From Eubacteriales bacterium (GTDB lineage Bacteria; Bacillota; Clostridia; Eubacteriales; Anaerofustaceae), in the NCBI GenBank assembly GCA_024685545.1, contig JAIKVR010000009.1, positions 19,828 to 83,827 of the forward strand: DNA of 64,000 bases, written 5' to 3'. Shown here piece after piece: positions 1 to 8,261 of this stretch. The translations under genes were made by a program, and so were the position numbers. A model generated the notes under the pieces. That model was not told where the DNA came from and did no database searches. It worked only from the letters and a program-made list of their open reading frames with translations. Within the stretch, counting starts at the first letter, position 1, and each line of letters begins with the position of its first letter.

Positions 1-203
1 TCGGGGACATCGGAAGACCCTCCGTGGAATTTGGCGAGCATCAGGCCAAGGACAACGAAAAGGAAGACCACCATTATGGTCTCAGTGATAAGTTTCGTGC
101 GGGAAGAGGCGCTCTTCCTTACAGTACGGACTTTTCTAACAGGTGAAGAGACCGTCCTGACCTTATTTCCTTTGCTGTTATTAGCTTTGTTGTCAGACTG
201 CAT
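1..203 (-). CDS. hypothetical membrane-anchored protein, N-terminal fragment (gene runs off the left edge)
   Basis: The ATG at 203-201 lies one nt after the TAA (207-205) of the upstream gene. It reads MQSDNKANNSKGNKVRTVSSPVRKVRTVRKSASSRTKLITETIMVVFLFVVLGLMLAKFHGG..., a basic N-terminus followed by one hydrophobic helix. The frame is open to position 1, so it is absent from the ORF track. Confidence 0.4.
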   Translation of the reverse strand, partial: MQSDNKANNSKGNKVRTVSSPVRKVRTVRKSASSRTKLITETIMVVFLFVVLGLMLAKFHGGSSDVP

Positions 204-204
204 T

Positions 205-882
205 TTATAAAGCCAGATCTCCGTTATATTTGATGAAGGCAGTGTTTATGACCTTGTCGCTTGCCTTAAGCGCATTCAGTGCCTTTTGGCCAGGGAGCTT
301 CTTGAGCTCCATGGTGACCTCGGTAGTGTCGTTATTGAGCGTTATGGACTTGATATTCGAGGAGCTCAGAATCTTCTTTACCATTTCCACCGCAGAAGAG
401 TCGGATAGGCGAATCACTGCAACACAAGGTGAGACTCCCTTGGAAAGATTGGCCAGCAGATCCGCCACGATGATCAGTACTCCTATGAAGATCGAGCCGA
501 CAAGAGCCACCAGGTAGAATCCTATTCCGCAGGTAAGTCCAATGGATACCGCCCAGAACATGAAGGCAATATCTCGGGGATCCTTTACGGCAGTACGGTA
601 GCGCACCATCGACAAAACGCCGCCGGTACCTATTGAAAGTGCAATATTGGAAGATATCGGCATGATGATAAGCGCGGTCACCATAGCTGAAAGGAGCATG
701 GAGATCGCATAGGACGAAGAATAGAGCGCCCCTTTGAAAGTGAGCTTGTACACGACCAGCAGAAACATGACAAGTCCCGCGACGACGGCGAGCGTCACCA
801 GCATGAGCTTTGGTGTGATCTCTGCGTTCACAGTCATGTACTCATCGAATAGTTGTTTGTTGAAGATATCCTTTATCCCCAT
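205..882 (-). CDS. DUF4956 domain-containing membrane protein
   Basis: Preferred start is the internal ATG at 882, with GGAGG 7 nt upstream. The protein has several hydrophobic segments, and its C-terminal soluble part resembles the DUF4956 family that habitually sits next to VTC-domain genes. It overlaps the upstream gene's stop by 10 nt. Confidence 0.65.
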   Translation of the reverse strand: MGIKDIFNKQLFDEYMTVNAEITPKLMLVTLAVVAGLVMFLLVVYKLTFKGALYSSSYAISMLLSAMVTALIIMPISSNIALSIGTGGVLSMVRYRTAVKDPRDIAFMFWAVSIGLTCGIGFYLVALVGSIFIGVLIIVADLLANLSKGVSPCVAVIRLSDSSAVEMVKKILSSSNIKSITLNNDTTEVTMELKKLPGQKALNALKASDKVINTAFIKYNGDLAL

Positions 883-1619
883 TTTTCTACCTCCCAGCCA
901 TTCAAGGCTATATATCTTTTGCAAGCCGTAAACTTTGAAACGGCTATGACTGTCTTATCTACGCAGCTCAGCAGGTCCTTTGCCACCGTGGGCAGCGCCT
1001 CGTCATATTTGACTTCGAGGATCATCTGTGACGGTGAAGTCACCGGCAGCAGAGAGAGCTCGGGAAGGAAGAAGTCGTCGCTCATGAGCCCCGTTGCCAG
1101 ATGCTCGTCAAAGGTTATGCGCACGTTAAAGGGCTCATAGATGAAAGCTTCACGAAAATAATCCGTTATCACGCTTGGACGCAGGACCCTATGCGCATTG
1201 GCAACGTAGATCTCGTTGAGCAGCTCGTTGTCGCTGTCCAGCATGAAACCGTAATTCCCAGAAATCATGCTTTCCGCCTGTTCTCTGGTTATCGTGGTGG
1301 AAAGCTTATACGAAGCGTTATTGACCTTGACTTTCTTTTCAAGCTTGATCAGAGACGGATCGTTGTTGTACATTCTGATGCGGTATTTCTTTCTTTCCAG
1401 TACTCCGGAGAGTTTGGTGAAATAATCCGTATCGTAAACGTCGTCAAAATAAAGGCTGCGTATACCGTACCCGCCACTTTCAAGAGAATATGGGTCACGC
1501 TTGAAGGCAGCAGAAAGACCGCTCTTTAGGACGGCATATTCCTTCAAATCTATGAGATATTTAAGTTCCGTACGGTATCTTAGTTTTCCCAATCTACGAC
1601 CTCTGAGATTATAATACAT
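873..1619 (-). CDS. VTC (polyphosphate polymerase-like, CYTH-like) domain-containing protein
   Basis: The sequence RYRTELKY...IRSLYFDD...KKYRIRMY...KLEKKVK...EVKYDE has the pattern of the VTC/triphosphate-tunnel family. ATG 1619 is preferred because the track's TTG start at 1682 lies inside the tRNA terminator hairpin. Confidence 0.65.
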   Translation of the reverse strand: MYYNLRGRRLGKLRYRTELKYLIDLKEYAVLKSGLSAAFKRDPYSLESGGYGIRSLYFDDVYDTDYFTKLSGVLERKKYRIRMYNNDPSLIKLEKKVKVNNASYKLSTTITREQAESMISGNYGFMLDSDNELLNEIYVANAHRVLRPSVITDYFREAFIYEPFNVRITFDEHLATGLMSDDFFLPELSLLPVTSPSQMILEVKYDEALPTVAKDLLSCVDKTVIAVSKFTACKRYIALNGWEVEKWG

Positions 1620-1680
1620 ATTATTTGCCCATGTAGCAACCGCAAAGACACATTTGTGCCGAATTTTATAAGCGGCGGAC

Positions 1681-1703
1681 AAAAAAACGGCCTTCAGCCG
1701 TTT
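1681..1703 (-). terminator. intrinsic terminator downstream of tRNA-Ser
   Basis: On the minus strand the stem is AAACGGC/GCCGTTT (plus 1685-1691 and 1697-1703) with a 5-nt loop, followed by a run of 7 U (plus A-run 1681-1687). Confidence 0.7.
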
Positions 1704-1714
1704 GTGTGTGATTA

Positions 1715-1806
1715 TGGCGGAGAAGGAGGGATTTGAACCCTCGCACCGCTATTAACGGTCTACACCCTTAGCAGGGGCGCCTCTTCGGCCACTTGAGTAC
1801 TTCTCC
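1715..1806 (-). tRNA. tRNA-Ser (anticodon GCU), CCA encoded
   Basis: The reverse complement reads GGAGAAGTACTCAAGTGGCCGAAGAGGCGCCCCTGCTAAGGGTGTAGACCGTTAATAGCGGTGCGAGGGTTCAAATCCCTCCTTCTCCGCCA. The acceptor stem is GGAGAAG/CTTCTCC and the anticodon loop is CTGCTAA. It has a long variable arm and a T-arm GAGGG-TTCAAAT-CCCTC. Confidence 0.92.
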
Positions 1807-1834
1807 GAATCGTTTCTATCTATAAAGCTCCATG

Positions 1835-2455
<621 letters not shown>

Positions 2456-2466
2456 TTGATATTGTC

Positions 2467-3978
2467 TCATATCTCGCTTATTTCGTCAGCCTTGCTTGCG
2501 AGCTCTATCTCTCTTTCAAAGAAGAGCAGTTCCTTATTATGCTTCGAATAGCTCTCGCAGCCGTAGGAAGCGATATATACTGCGCTGTAGGGGTTTGCGG
2601 TGAGCTCGCTCACAGCCACCAGAATCTCCTGTCCCTCACCGAATACGTCTTCAAGGAAAGCGAACATATTCTCCATCTTGACGCCTACTTCCTTCACGAG
2701 GGCGTTTTTTTCTTCGATTTTTTTGGAGAAAGCGTTGCGAACGGTCTGAAAGCGCGAAGCTTCGTCAGCGAAATTGCCGAAAGAAACCGCCTTCACACAG
2801 TCTTCCATAAACTCCCTTGCGGAAGACAAGGTATCGCTCTCTTCCTTCGTAAGTATCCCGGCCTTGTTGAGCGTCATGACCTTTTCGTTAAGTGAATTGA
2901 TTTTTTCTCCAAGAAGGACGGAAGTTTCACTTCCTGACATAGATGCCTGTCTGATCTCCGTTAGCATCGGATACAGTTCTGAGAGCAGTGTCTTCAGAGA
3001 GGCAAGTTCCCTGCAGCTGGCGGAGATATCATCGATAAGCAGACCCAGAAGAGAGAGCCTTTCGGTGAATTTTGCGCGACGCAGAGTGGATCTTATCGAC
3101 TGGGAGGCATTGCCGGATAGGATCTCTCCCACCCTGTAATCTGCGGAATATTTGCGGTAAAGCTCGTAATAGACGGCAAAATCCTTTGCTGTCTTCTTAT
3201 TCTGTATGTACTGACTGATAAGATCATAGTCCACGGGAATGTCCAAAAGTTCATATAGCTTTATCATATCGGAGAGATCCTCCCAACCTCTGGCGGTCAC
3301 GAAGCTTTTTCCTTCGGGAGTGGATTCGAAGATATAAAAATCCGACTTTCTTACCTCCAGGTATGCCATGACAGAACCGTGCACTGCCTTTTCGTAGGCA
3401 TACTGCTTCCATACATTCAGATCAGCCTCGACATTGATGATTTTAAGACGGTCCAAAGTCACTATGTCGAATTCGCGGACTGAATCGTTATATTCAGGAG
3501 GGTTGCCTGCTGTGACTACCACCCAGCCATCCGGGACCCTGTGACGGCCAAATACCTTATACTGCAGGAACTGCAACATCGCTGGGGCAAGAGTTTCGGA
3601 TACACAGTTGATTTCATCAAGGAAGAGTATGCCCTCCTTCAGACCTGTCTCTTCCATCGCGTCATATACTGAGGCTATGATCTCACTCATCGTGTACTCA
3701 GATACCGAATACTCCCTGCCTCCGTAATTCTTCTTGACGATATAAGGCAGTCCGATGGCGCTCTGCCTGGTGTGGTGGGTCATCGAATAGGTCACAAGGG
3801 CTATGCCCATCTTGCTGGCAGTCTGGCGTACGATAGCTGTCTTGCCGATGCCGGAAGGCCCGACTATAAACAGCGGGCGCTGTTTTTCCGACGGTATCAG
3901 ATACCTGCCGTAGCGATCTTTCCTGAGATATGCGCGTATAGCGTTTTCCACCTGATCCTTTGCCTGTTTGATATTCAT
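2467..3978 (-). CDS. AAA family ATPase (AAA_5/MoxR-like core plus about 300-aa uncharacterised C-terminal region)
   Basis: Walker A GPSGIGKT, Walker B ILFLDEIN, then TAGNPPEYN. AGGGAGG SD upstream of the ATG. The start lies 12 nt after the stop of the LRR gene. Confidence 0.85.
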   Translation of the reverse strand: MNIKQAKDQVENAIRAYLRKDRYGRYLIPSEKQRPLFIVGPSGIGKTAIVRQTASKMGIALVTYSMTHHTRQSAIGLPYIVKKNYGGREYSVSEYTMSEIIASVYDAMEETGLKEGILFLDEINCVSETLAPAMLQFLQYKVFGRHRVPDGWVVVTAGNPPEYNDSVREFDIVTLDRLKIINVEADLNVWKQYAYEKAVHGSVMAYLEVRKSDFYIFESTPEGKSFVTARGWEDLSDMIKLYELLDIPVDYDLISQYIQNKKTAKDFAVYYELYRKYSADYRVGEILSGNASQSIRSTLRRAKFTERLSLLGLLIDDISASCRELASLKTLLSELYPMLTEIRQASMSGSETSVLLGEKINSLNEKVMTLNKAGILTKEESDTLSSAREFMEDCVKAVSFGNFADEASRFQTVRNAFSKKIEEKNALVKEVGVKMENMFAFLEDVFGEGQEILVAVSELTANPYSAVYIASYGCESYSKHNKELLFFEREIELASKADEISEI

Positions 3979-3990
3979 TGTCAGCCTCCC

Positions 3991-5640
3991 TTATAATTCC
4001 ATATCTGCCGTATAGCTTATCCTGTATGCCCTGAGTATATCGGGCAGTCTGTAGCGTGATTTCTGTGAGCCATTCACTATCTGAACGACTCTGCCCCTGA
4101 TATTTTCGTATTTTCCGTCAGCTTCAACGCTGTCCCCGACATGGACCTGAACGGAACTGTTGCATTTGACCGTTTCCATATTGTCGAAGATCACCATCAC
4201 GCAGCATTTGCCCGGAATCATGATATCTTCCTTCAATTCATATACCTCTTTCCCTCTGGCAGCAAGGTGCTTAAGGATAGCTGCGCTTGCCTCCGCCGAG
4301 GAATAGTGAGCAGCCAGTGCCGCATAGCATGCAGGGTCTATGTACCTGCCCCCGTCTTCCAAAAGCGCACATACGCTCTTTGCGTCGTCGATGTATACAG
4401 AGTACCGCATCATGAGATCCTCACATTTTTCTACGGAAGAATCTTCTAGGAACTCCCTCCTATCAAAAAGCTCCAAGAGGATATCCCGTTTCACGGAACT
4501 TTCAGGAAACTGCCAGATATTCTCAGCAAGAGCGTCAAAGTCAAAAAACGGCTCACCGTTCAGATTAAGGAATCTCAGCATTCCTATATCACGCAAGGCG
4601 ACCTGACTGTCATCTGGCATTATCAGTTTCTCCGGACAACAGCCATCGAAAGCGGTGGAGGCAATCCTTTTCAGAGAGAATGGAATATTGATGCTTTTCA
4701 GGTTGACGCATCCGCGGAAAGCATTCTCTCCTATCCGCCTGACGGTGTCAGGCAGATCGATCCTGTGGATGGTGGCACACCCGTCAAAAGCCTCATCACC
4801 GATCTCTTTTATGCCATCAGGGACTTCGTAATACGCTTCCGCTCCATAGTAGGAAAAGACCGTGCCGTTAACGGTCACCAGGCCTCTGTCGTCTCTAAGA
4901 CCTATGCAGTCCTTGAACGCTTTTGAGGATATGCGACAGCCCTCCTCTGGAAGAGAGACCTCCTTGAGTGATACACATCCGGCGAATGCGCCTGGACCGA
5001 TGATCATCGAGGGATTTGTTATCTTCAGGGAAGAGAGCCCAACACAGTCAAAAAACGCCTGGCGGTTAATGAGGGTAAGGGAATGTGGAAATACTGTCCC
5101 GTCCAGTTTGCGGCAGCCTGAAAAACACTCTACACCTATGGTCGTGAGACCTTCCGGTAGATTAACCGCGGAAAGAGACGGGCATCCGTAGAACGCCCTT
5201 TCAGGCAGAGCAGTGACACCTTCGGATACAGTCAGCTGAGTCAGGCCCCTGCAGGCCTCGAAGGCGCTCTTTCCCAATTCCTCAAGGGTTCTGGGAAGAG
5301 TCACGCTTTTGAGACCGCGGCAGTTGTAAAAGGCAAAAGCCCCCAGCTTTTCCAGGTGACGGGGAATATTCATCTCCCTCAATGAGCGGCAGTTGGCGAA
5401 TGCCTCCCTGTATATTTCCTTGACCCCGCTCCATAGCGAGACCCTCTCGAGGTTCTCACAGCCGTTGAATGCCCCTTCGCCTATGATCTCAACGCTTTTT
5501 GCCATCGCTATGCTCGTGAGGGCCCTGTTTCGGCGAAAAGCTTCGGCGGCGATCCCCGTCACACCTTCAGGAATGACTACCGAGGAAGCGGTGCCTGAAT
5601 AGGATACTATGACGCTGCCATTGAAAACGAAATCGCTCAT
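3991..5640 (-). CDS. BspA-type leucine-rich-repeat (LRR_5-like) protein with an unassigned C-terminal domain; no signal peptide
   Basis: About 12 tandem ~23-aa repeats of the form AF.gC..L..v.lP..l..IG..AF..C..L run through about residue 330. The following ~210 aa match no family I recognise. The N-terminus MSDFVFNGSVIVSYSG has no hydrophobic h-region. The ATG overlaps the upstream stop (ATGA at 5637-5640). Confidence 0.8.
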   Translation of the reverse strand: MSDFVFNGSVIVSYSGTASSVVIPEGVTGIAAEAFRRNRALTSIAMAKSVEIIGEGAFNGCENLERVSLWSGVKEIYREAFANCRSLREMNIPRHLEKLGAFAFYNCRGLKSVTLPRTLEELGKSAFEACRGLTQLTVSEGVTALPERAFYGCPSLSAVNLPEGLTTIGVECFSGCRKLDGTVFPHSLTLINRQAFFDCVGLSSLKITNPSMIIGPGAFAGCVSLKEVSLPEEGCRISSKAFKDCIGLRDDRGLVTVNGTVFSYYGAEAYYEVPDGIKEIGDEAFDGCATIHRIDLPDTVRRIGENAFRGCVNLKSINIPFSLKRIASTAFDGCCPEKLIMPDDSQVALRDIGMLRFLNLNGEPFFDFDALAENIWQFPESSVKRDILLELFDRREFLEDSSVEKCEDLMMRYSVYIDDAKSVCALLEDGGRYIDPACYAALAAHYSSAEASAAILKHLAARGKEVYELKEDIMIPGKCCVMVIFDNMETVKCNSSVQVHVGDSVEADGKYENIRGRVVQIVNGSQKSRYRLPDILRAYRISYTADMEL

Positions 5641-7010
5641 CTTAAGTTCGCTATGTCTCCTTCGGTGAGCACAAGTTGCATCGCCCAGGGAGGGACCTCC
5701 GGTTTTTTCTTATTTTCTTCTACAAAGATGAAAGCCACCGGATAAGCAGGCGCCTTCTGAGGGAAGCGGCCTCTGCCATCGGTGAAATATATGAGCCCGT
5801 TGAGGCGTTTGAGCTCTTTGTTTTCAATCATCCTGTCCGTATACTCGAACACAGGACGGAAATCAGTACCTCCGAAACCGGACAGCGGCATATCTCTGAT
5901 ATAGTCATCGAATTCTTTTCTTGAAGTGATCTTGTAATCGTTCTGCACAGCTGCGTCGCATTGAATGATATGGATATTGACTTTTGTGAAAAAGCTTTCG
6001 GTATCCATCAGAATCGAATAGGTCTTGTTGAGGAACTGCTGTACCGTTTTACCGTGACAGCTTCCGGAAGTATCTATGGCGATCACAAATTCGCTGATCT
6101 GATCGATCTCCTTGTATTCCAGCGGTTCTATTAAAGGCATATTCTGATAGAGCTGCAGACCATAGCTGTAAAAGATATAATCAAACTCGTCCTCGTTTAT
6201 CTTCATTCTTTCACGTCTTCGTGCGAATTTCTTTAAAAAAGAGGAGTAATCGACCTTGTCGCGTGTGACCTCTTCTATATTCTGAACGATACCGCCCGCA
6301 GTGTCCCCATACTTATCGCTGTCGCTTTCCAGATCGATCTGAATGCGGCGGCTGATATCCTCCCATTCCTGTTCGGTCAGGCTCGGCATTCCTCCTCCGC
6401 CGGTCTCGTTCTTCTCGCTGCCGCTCCCTTCACTTTTGCTCCGGTCCTCTTCGGGATACCAAAGCTCGTGGGAGTCGCGCGTAAAAAGATCCTCCAGACT
6501 AATCAGTTCGTCCTCAGTGACTGGAGTGGTATGAAAGTAGTCATAAACTTTCTCTGCAGTAATCAGACCAGTAACAGATCTGATCTTCTCCGAAGCGGCT
6601 CTTTCTTCCTCACGTCTCTCGGGCTCATTGTCGTCTATCCCCATTGAGGCAGCGATGGTCTCGGAGGCTATATCGCAGGAAAGGTTCCAAAGCCGACGGT
6701 CTATTGAAGGTGACACGAAGGGGTGCTTAAAAACAAAGTGCAGCACACAGTGCAGATAGTCCGCAGCGACTTTTCCCCTCCCTTTTTTATAAGAAGCAAA
6801 GATATACTCGGGGCTGTAGTGGTAATTAACTCCATCTCCGGCGACGGTATCGGTGAACTCATCGCAAAGGAACTCAAAATTGAATATGGCTATGTCAAGA
6901 TACCTCAGCTTGATAAAGAGGTTGGCACGGCACATATTAAGTATTTCTTCGCAAAGTTTGCGTGTTTTATCCGTAACGTCCATATCTGAAATATTATACC
7001 GCCCGATCAT
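5637..7010 (-). CDS. VWA-like domain protein with N-terminal putative metallopeptidase domain (DUF2201-type)
   Basis: The N-terminal region carries HCVLH (6752-6738) where the family has HExxH. An acidic/Gly-rich linker follows (SEGSGSEKNETGGGG). The C-terminal VWA domain has a MIDAS-like DTSGS (IAIDTSGSC) and the FTDG motif. Confidence 0.8.
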   Translation of the reverse strand: MIGRYNISDMDVTDKTRKLCEEILNMCRANLFIKLRYLDIAIFNFEFLCDEFTDTVAGDGVNYHYSPEYIFASYKKGRGKVAADYLHCVLHFVFKHPFVSPSIDRRLWNLSCDIASETIAASMGIDDNEPERREEERAASEKIRSVTGLITAEKVYDYFHTTPVTEDELISLEDLFTRDSHELWYPEEDRSKSEGSGSEKNETGGGGMPSLTEQEWEDISRRIQIDLESDSDKYGDTAGGIVQNIEEVTRDKVDYSSFLKKFARRRERMKINEDEFDYIFYSYGLQLYQNMPLIEPLEYKEIDQISEFVIAIDTSGSCHGKTVQQFLNKTYSILMDTESFFTKVNIHIIQCDAAVQNDYKITSRKEFDDYIRDMPLSGFGGTDFRPVFEYTDRMIENKELKRLNGLIYFTDGRGRFPQKAPAYPVAFIFVEENKKKPEVPPWAMQLVLTEGDIANLR

Positions 7011-7097
7011 ACCGTTTTCAAGTGTTAGAATTCCTCCACGGGAGCTATGCCGAGTTATTATATAAATAAAAAGAGACGTGTGTGATACAATAATAAT

Positions 7098-8243
7098 ATG
7101 GCAAATCTAGCCGATCTCATCATTAAAAACGGGCTGGTATATACTCCCAACGGATTCGTTAAAAAAGACCTTTGCATAAAGGGAGGAAAGATCGCATCTG
7201 CCGTTACTGACAATGCGGAAATAATCGATGCGAAGGGAGGATACGTCTGCTCGGGTTTTATAGACATACATACCCACGGCGGAGCCGGTGTAGACGTTAA
7301 CTCTGCGGATGAAGAAGGAGCCGGAAAGATACGCCGTTTCTTCGCCTCATCTGGAGTGACCGCCTTTTATGCCAGTATAGCAGCTGACAGTAAGGAAAAC
7401 ACGATGAGAGCCATAGGAGTATGGCGCAATGAAATGAAAAAACCGGGCATCGGTGCAGAAGTGCTCGGCATCCATCTTGAAGGTCCTTTCCTTTCTGCTG
7501 ACCACGCTGGAGCCATCGATACCGGAAACTTAAGAAATCCGGATCAGCAGCTTTTCGAGGAATACCTCAATGCAGGGGAAGGAGCAGTGCGATATGTTAC
7601 CATTGCTCCGGAACTACCCGGTGCGATCAGCCTGATAGAGAGATACTCAGCCCGGCTGACCTTTGCCATCGGGCACAGCGGTGCTGATTACCCAACGGCG
7701 ATAACGGCAAATAAAGCCGGGGCAAAGAGCGTGACCCATCTATTCAACGCAATGGTTCCATTCCGTCACAGAGAACCGGGAATATTAGGAGCAGCCTCGG
7801 ACAGTGACATGACATGTGAGCTTATCTGTGACGGCCGTCATGTTGATCCTTCCGCTGTCAGAATCGCGTTGAAATGCATGGGGTTAGACCGCGTAGCGGC
7901 AGTTACGGACAGTATGCAGGCAGCGGGGATGCAGGACGGCGAATACGTTCTCGCGGGAAGACCCGTTATCGTAAAAGGCCCGGACGCTTTGCTCCATGAC
8001 GGGACAAGGGCAGGCAGCTTATTGACTATGGACAGGGCACTCGCTAATCTCATGAATTTTGCTGGATTGTCACTGAAAGAAGCTCTGCCACTTCTGACAG
8101 CCAACCCTGCGGAAGTCGCACGAGTCGGCAACCGCAAAGGCAGCCTGGAAGAGGGGAAAGACGCGGACATAGTAATACTCCGTAGAGACTGTTCGGTCTA
8201 CGCGACGATTGCATCGGGAATAACGGTATTCCCTCAAATATAA
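7098..8243 (+). CDS. nagA: N-acetylglucosamine-6-phosphate deacetylase
   Basis: 381 aa. The amidohydrolase metal motif GFIDIHTHGG and the overall NagA-family pattern (IKNG.VYTP..., HLEGPFLS, GHSGA, THLFNAM) are present. Confidence 0.9.
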   Translation: MANLADLIIKNGLVYTPNGFVKKDLCIKGGKIASAVTDNAEIIDAKGGYVCSGFIDIHTHGGAGVDVNSADEEGAGKIRRFFASSGVTAFYASIAADSKENTMRAIGVWRNEMKKPGIGAEVLGIHLEGPFLSADHAGAIDTGNLRNPDQQLFEEYLNAGEGAVRYVTIAPELPGAISLIERYSARLTFAIGHSGADYPTAITANKAGAKSVTHLFNAMVPFRHREPGILGAASDSDMTCELICDGRHVDPSAVRIALKCMGLDRVAAVTDSMQAAGMQDGEYVLAGRPVIVKGPDALLHDGTRAGSLLTMDRALANLMNFAGLSLKEALPLLTANPAEVARVGNRKGSLEEGKDADIVILRRDCSVYATIASGITVFPQI

Positions 8244-8261
8244 ATATCACAGGAGGATATT

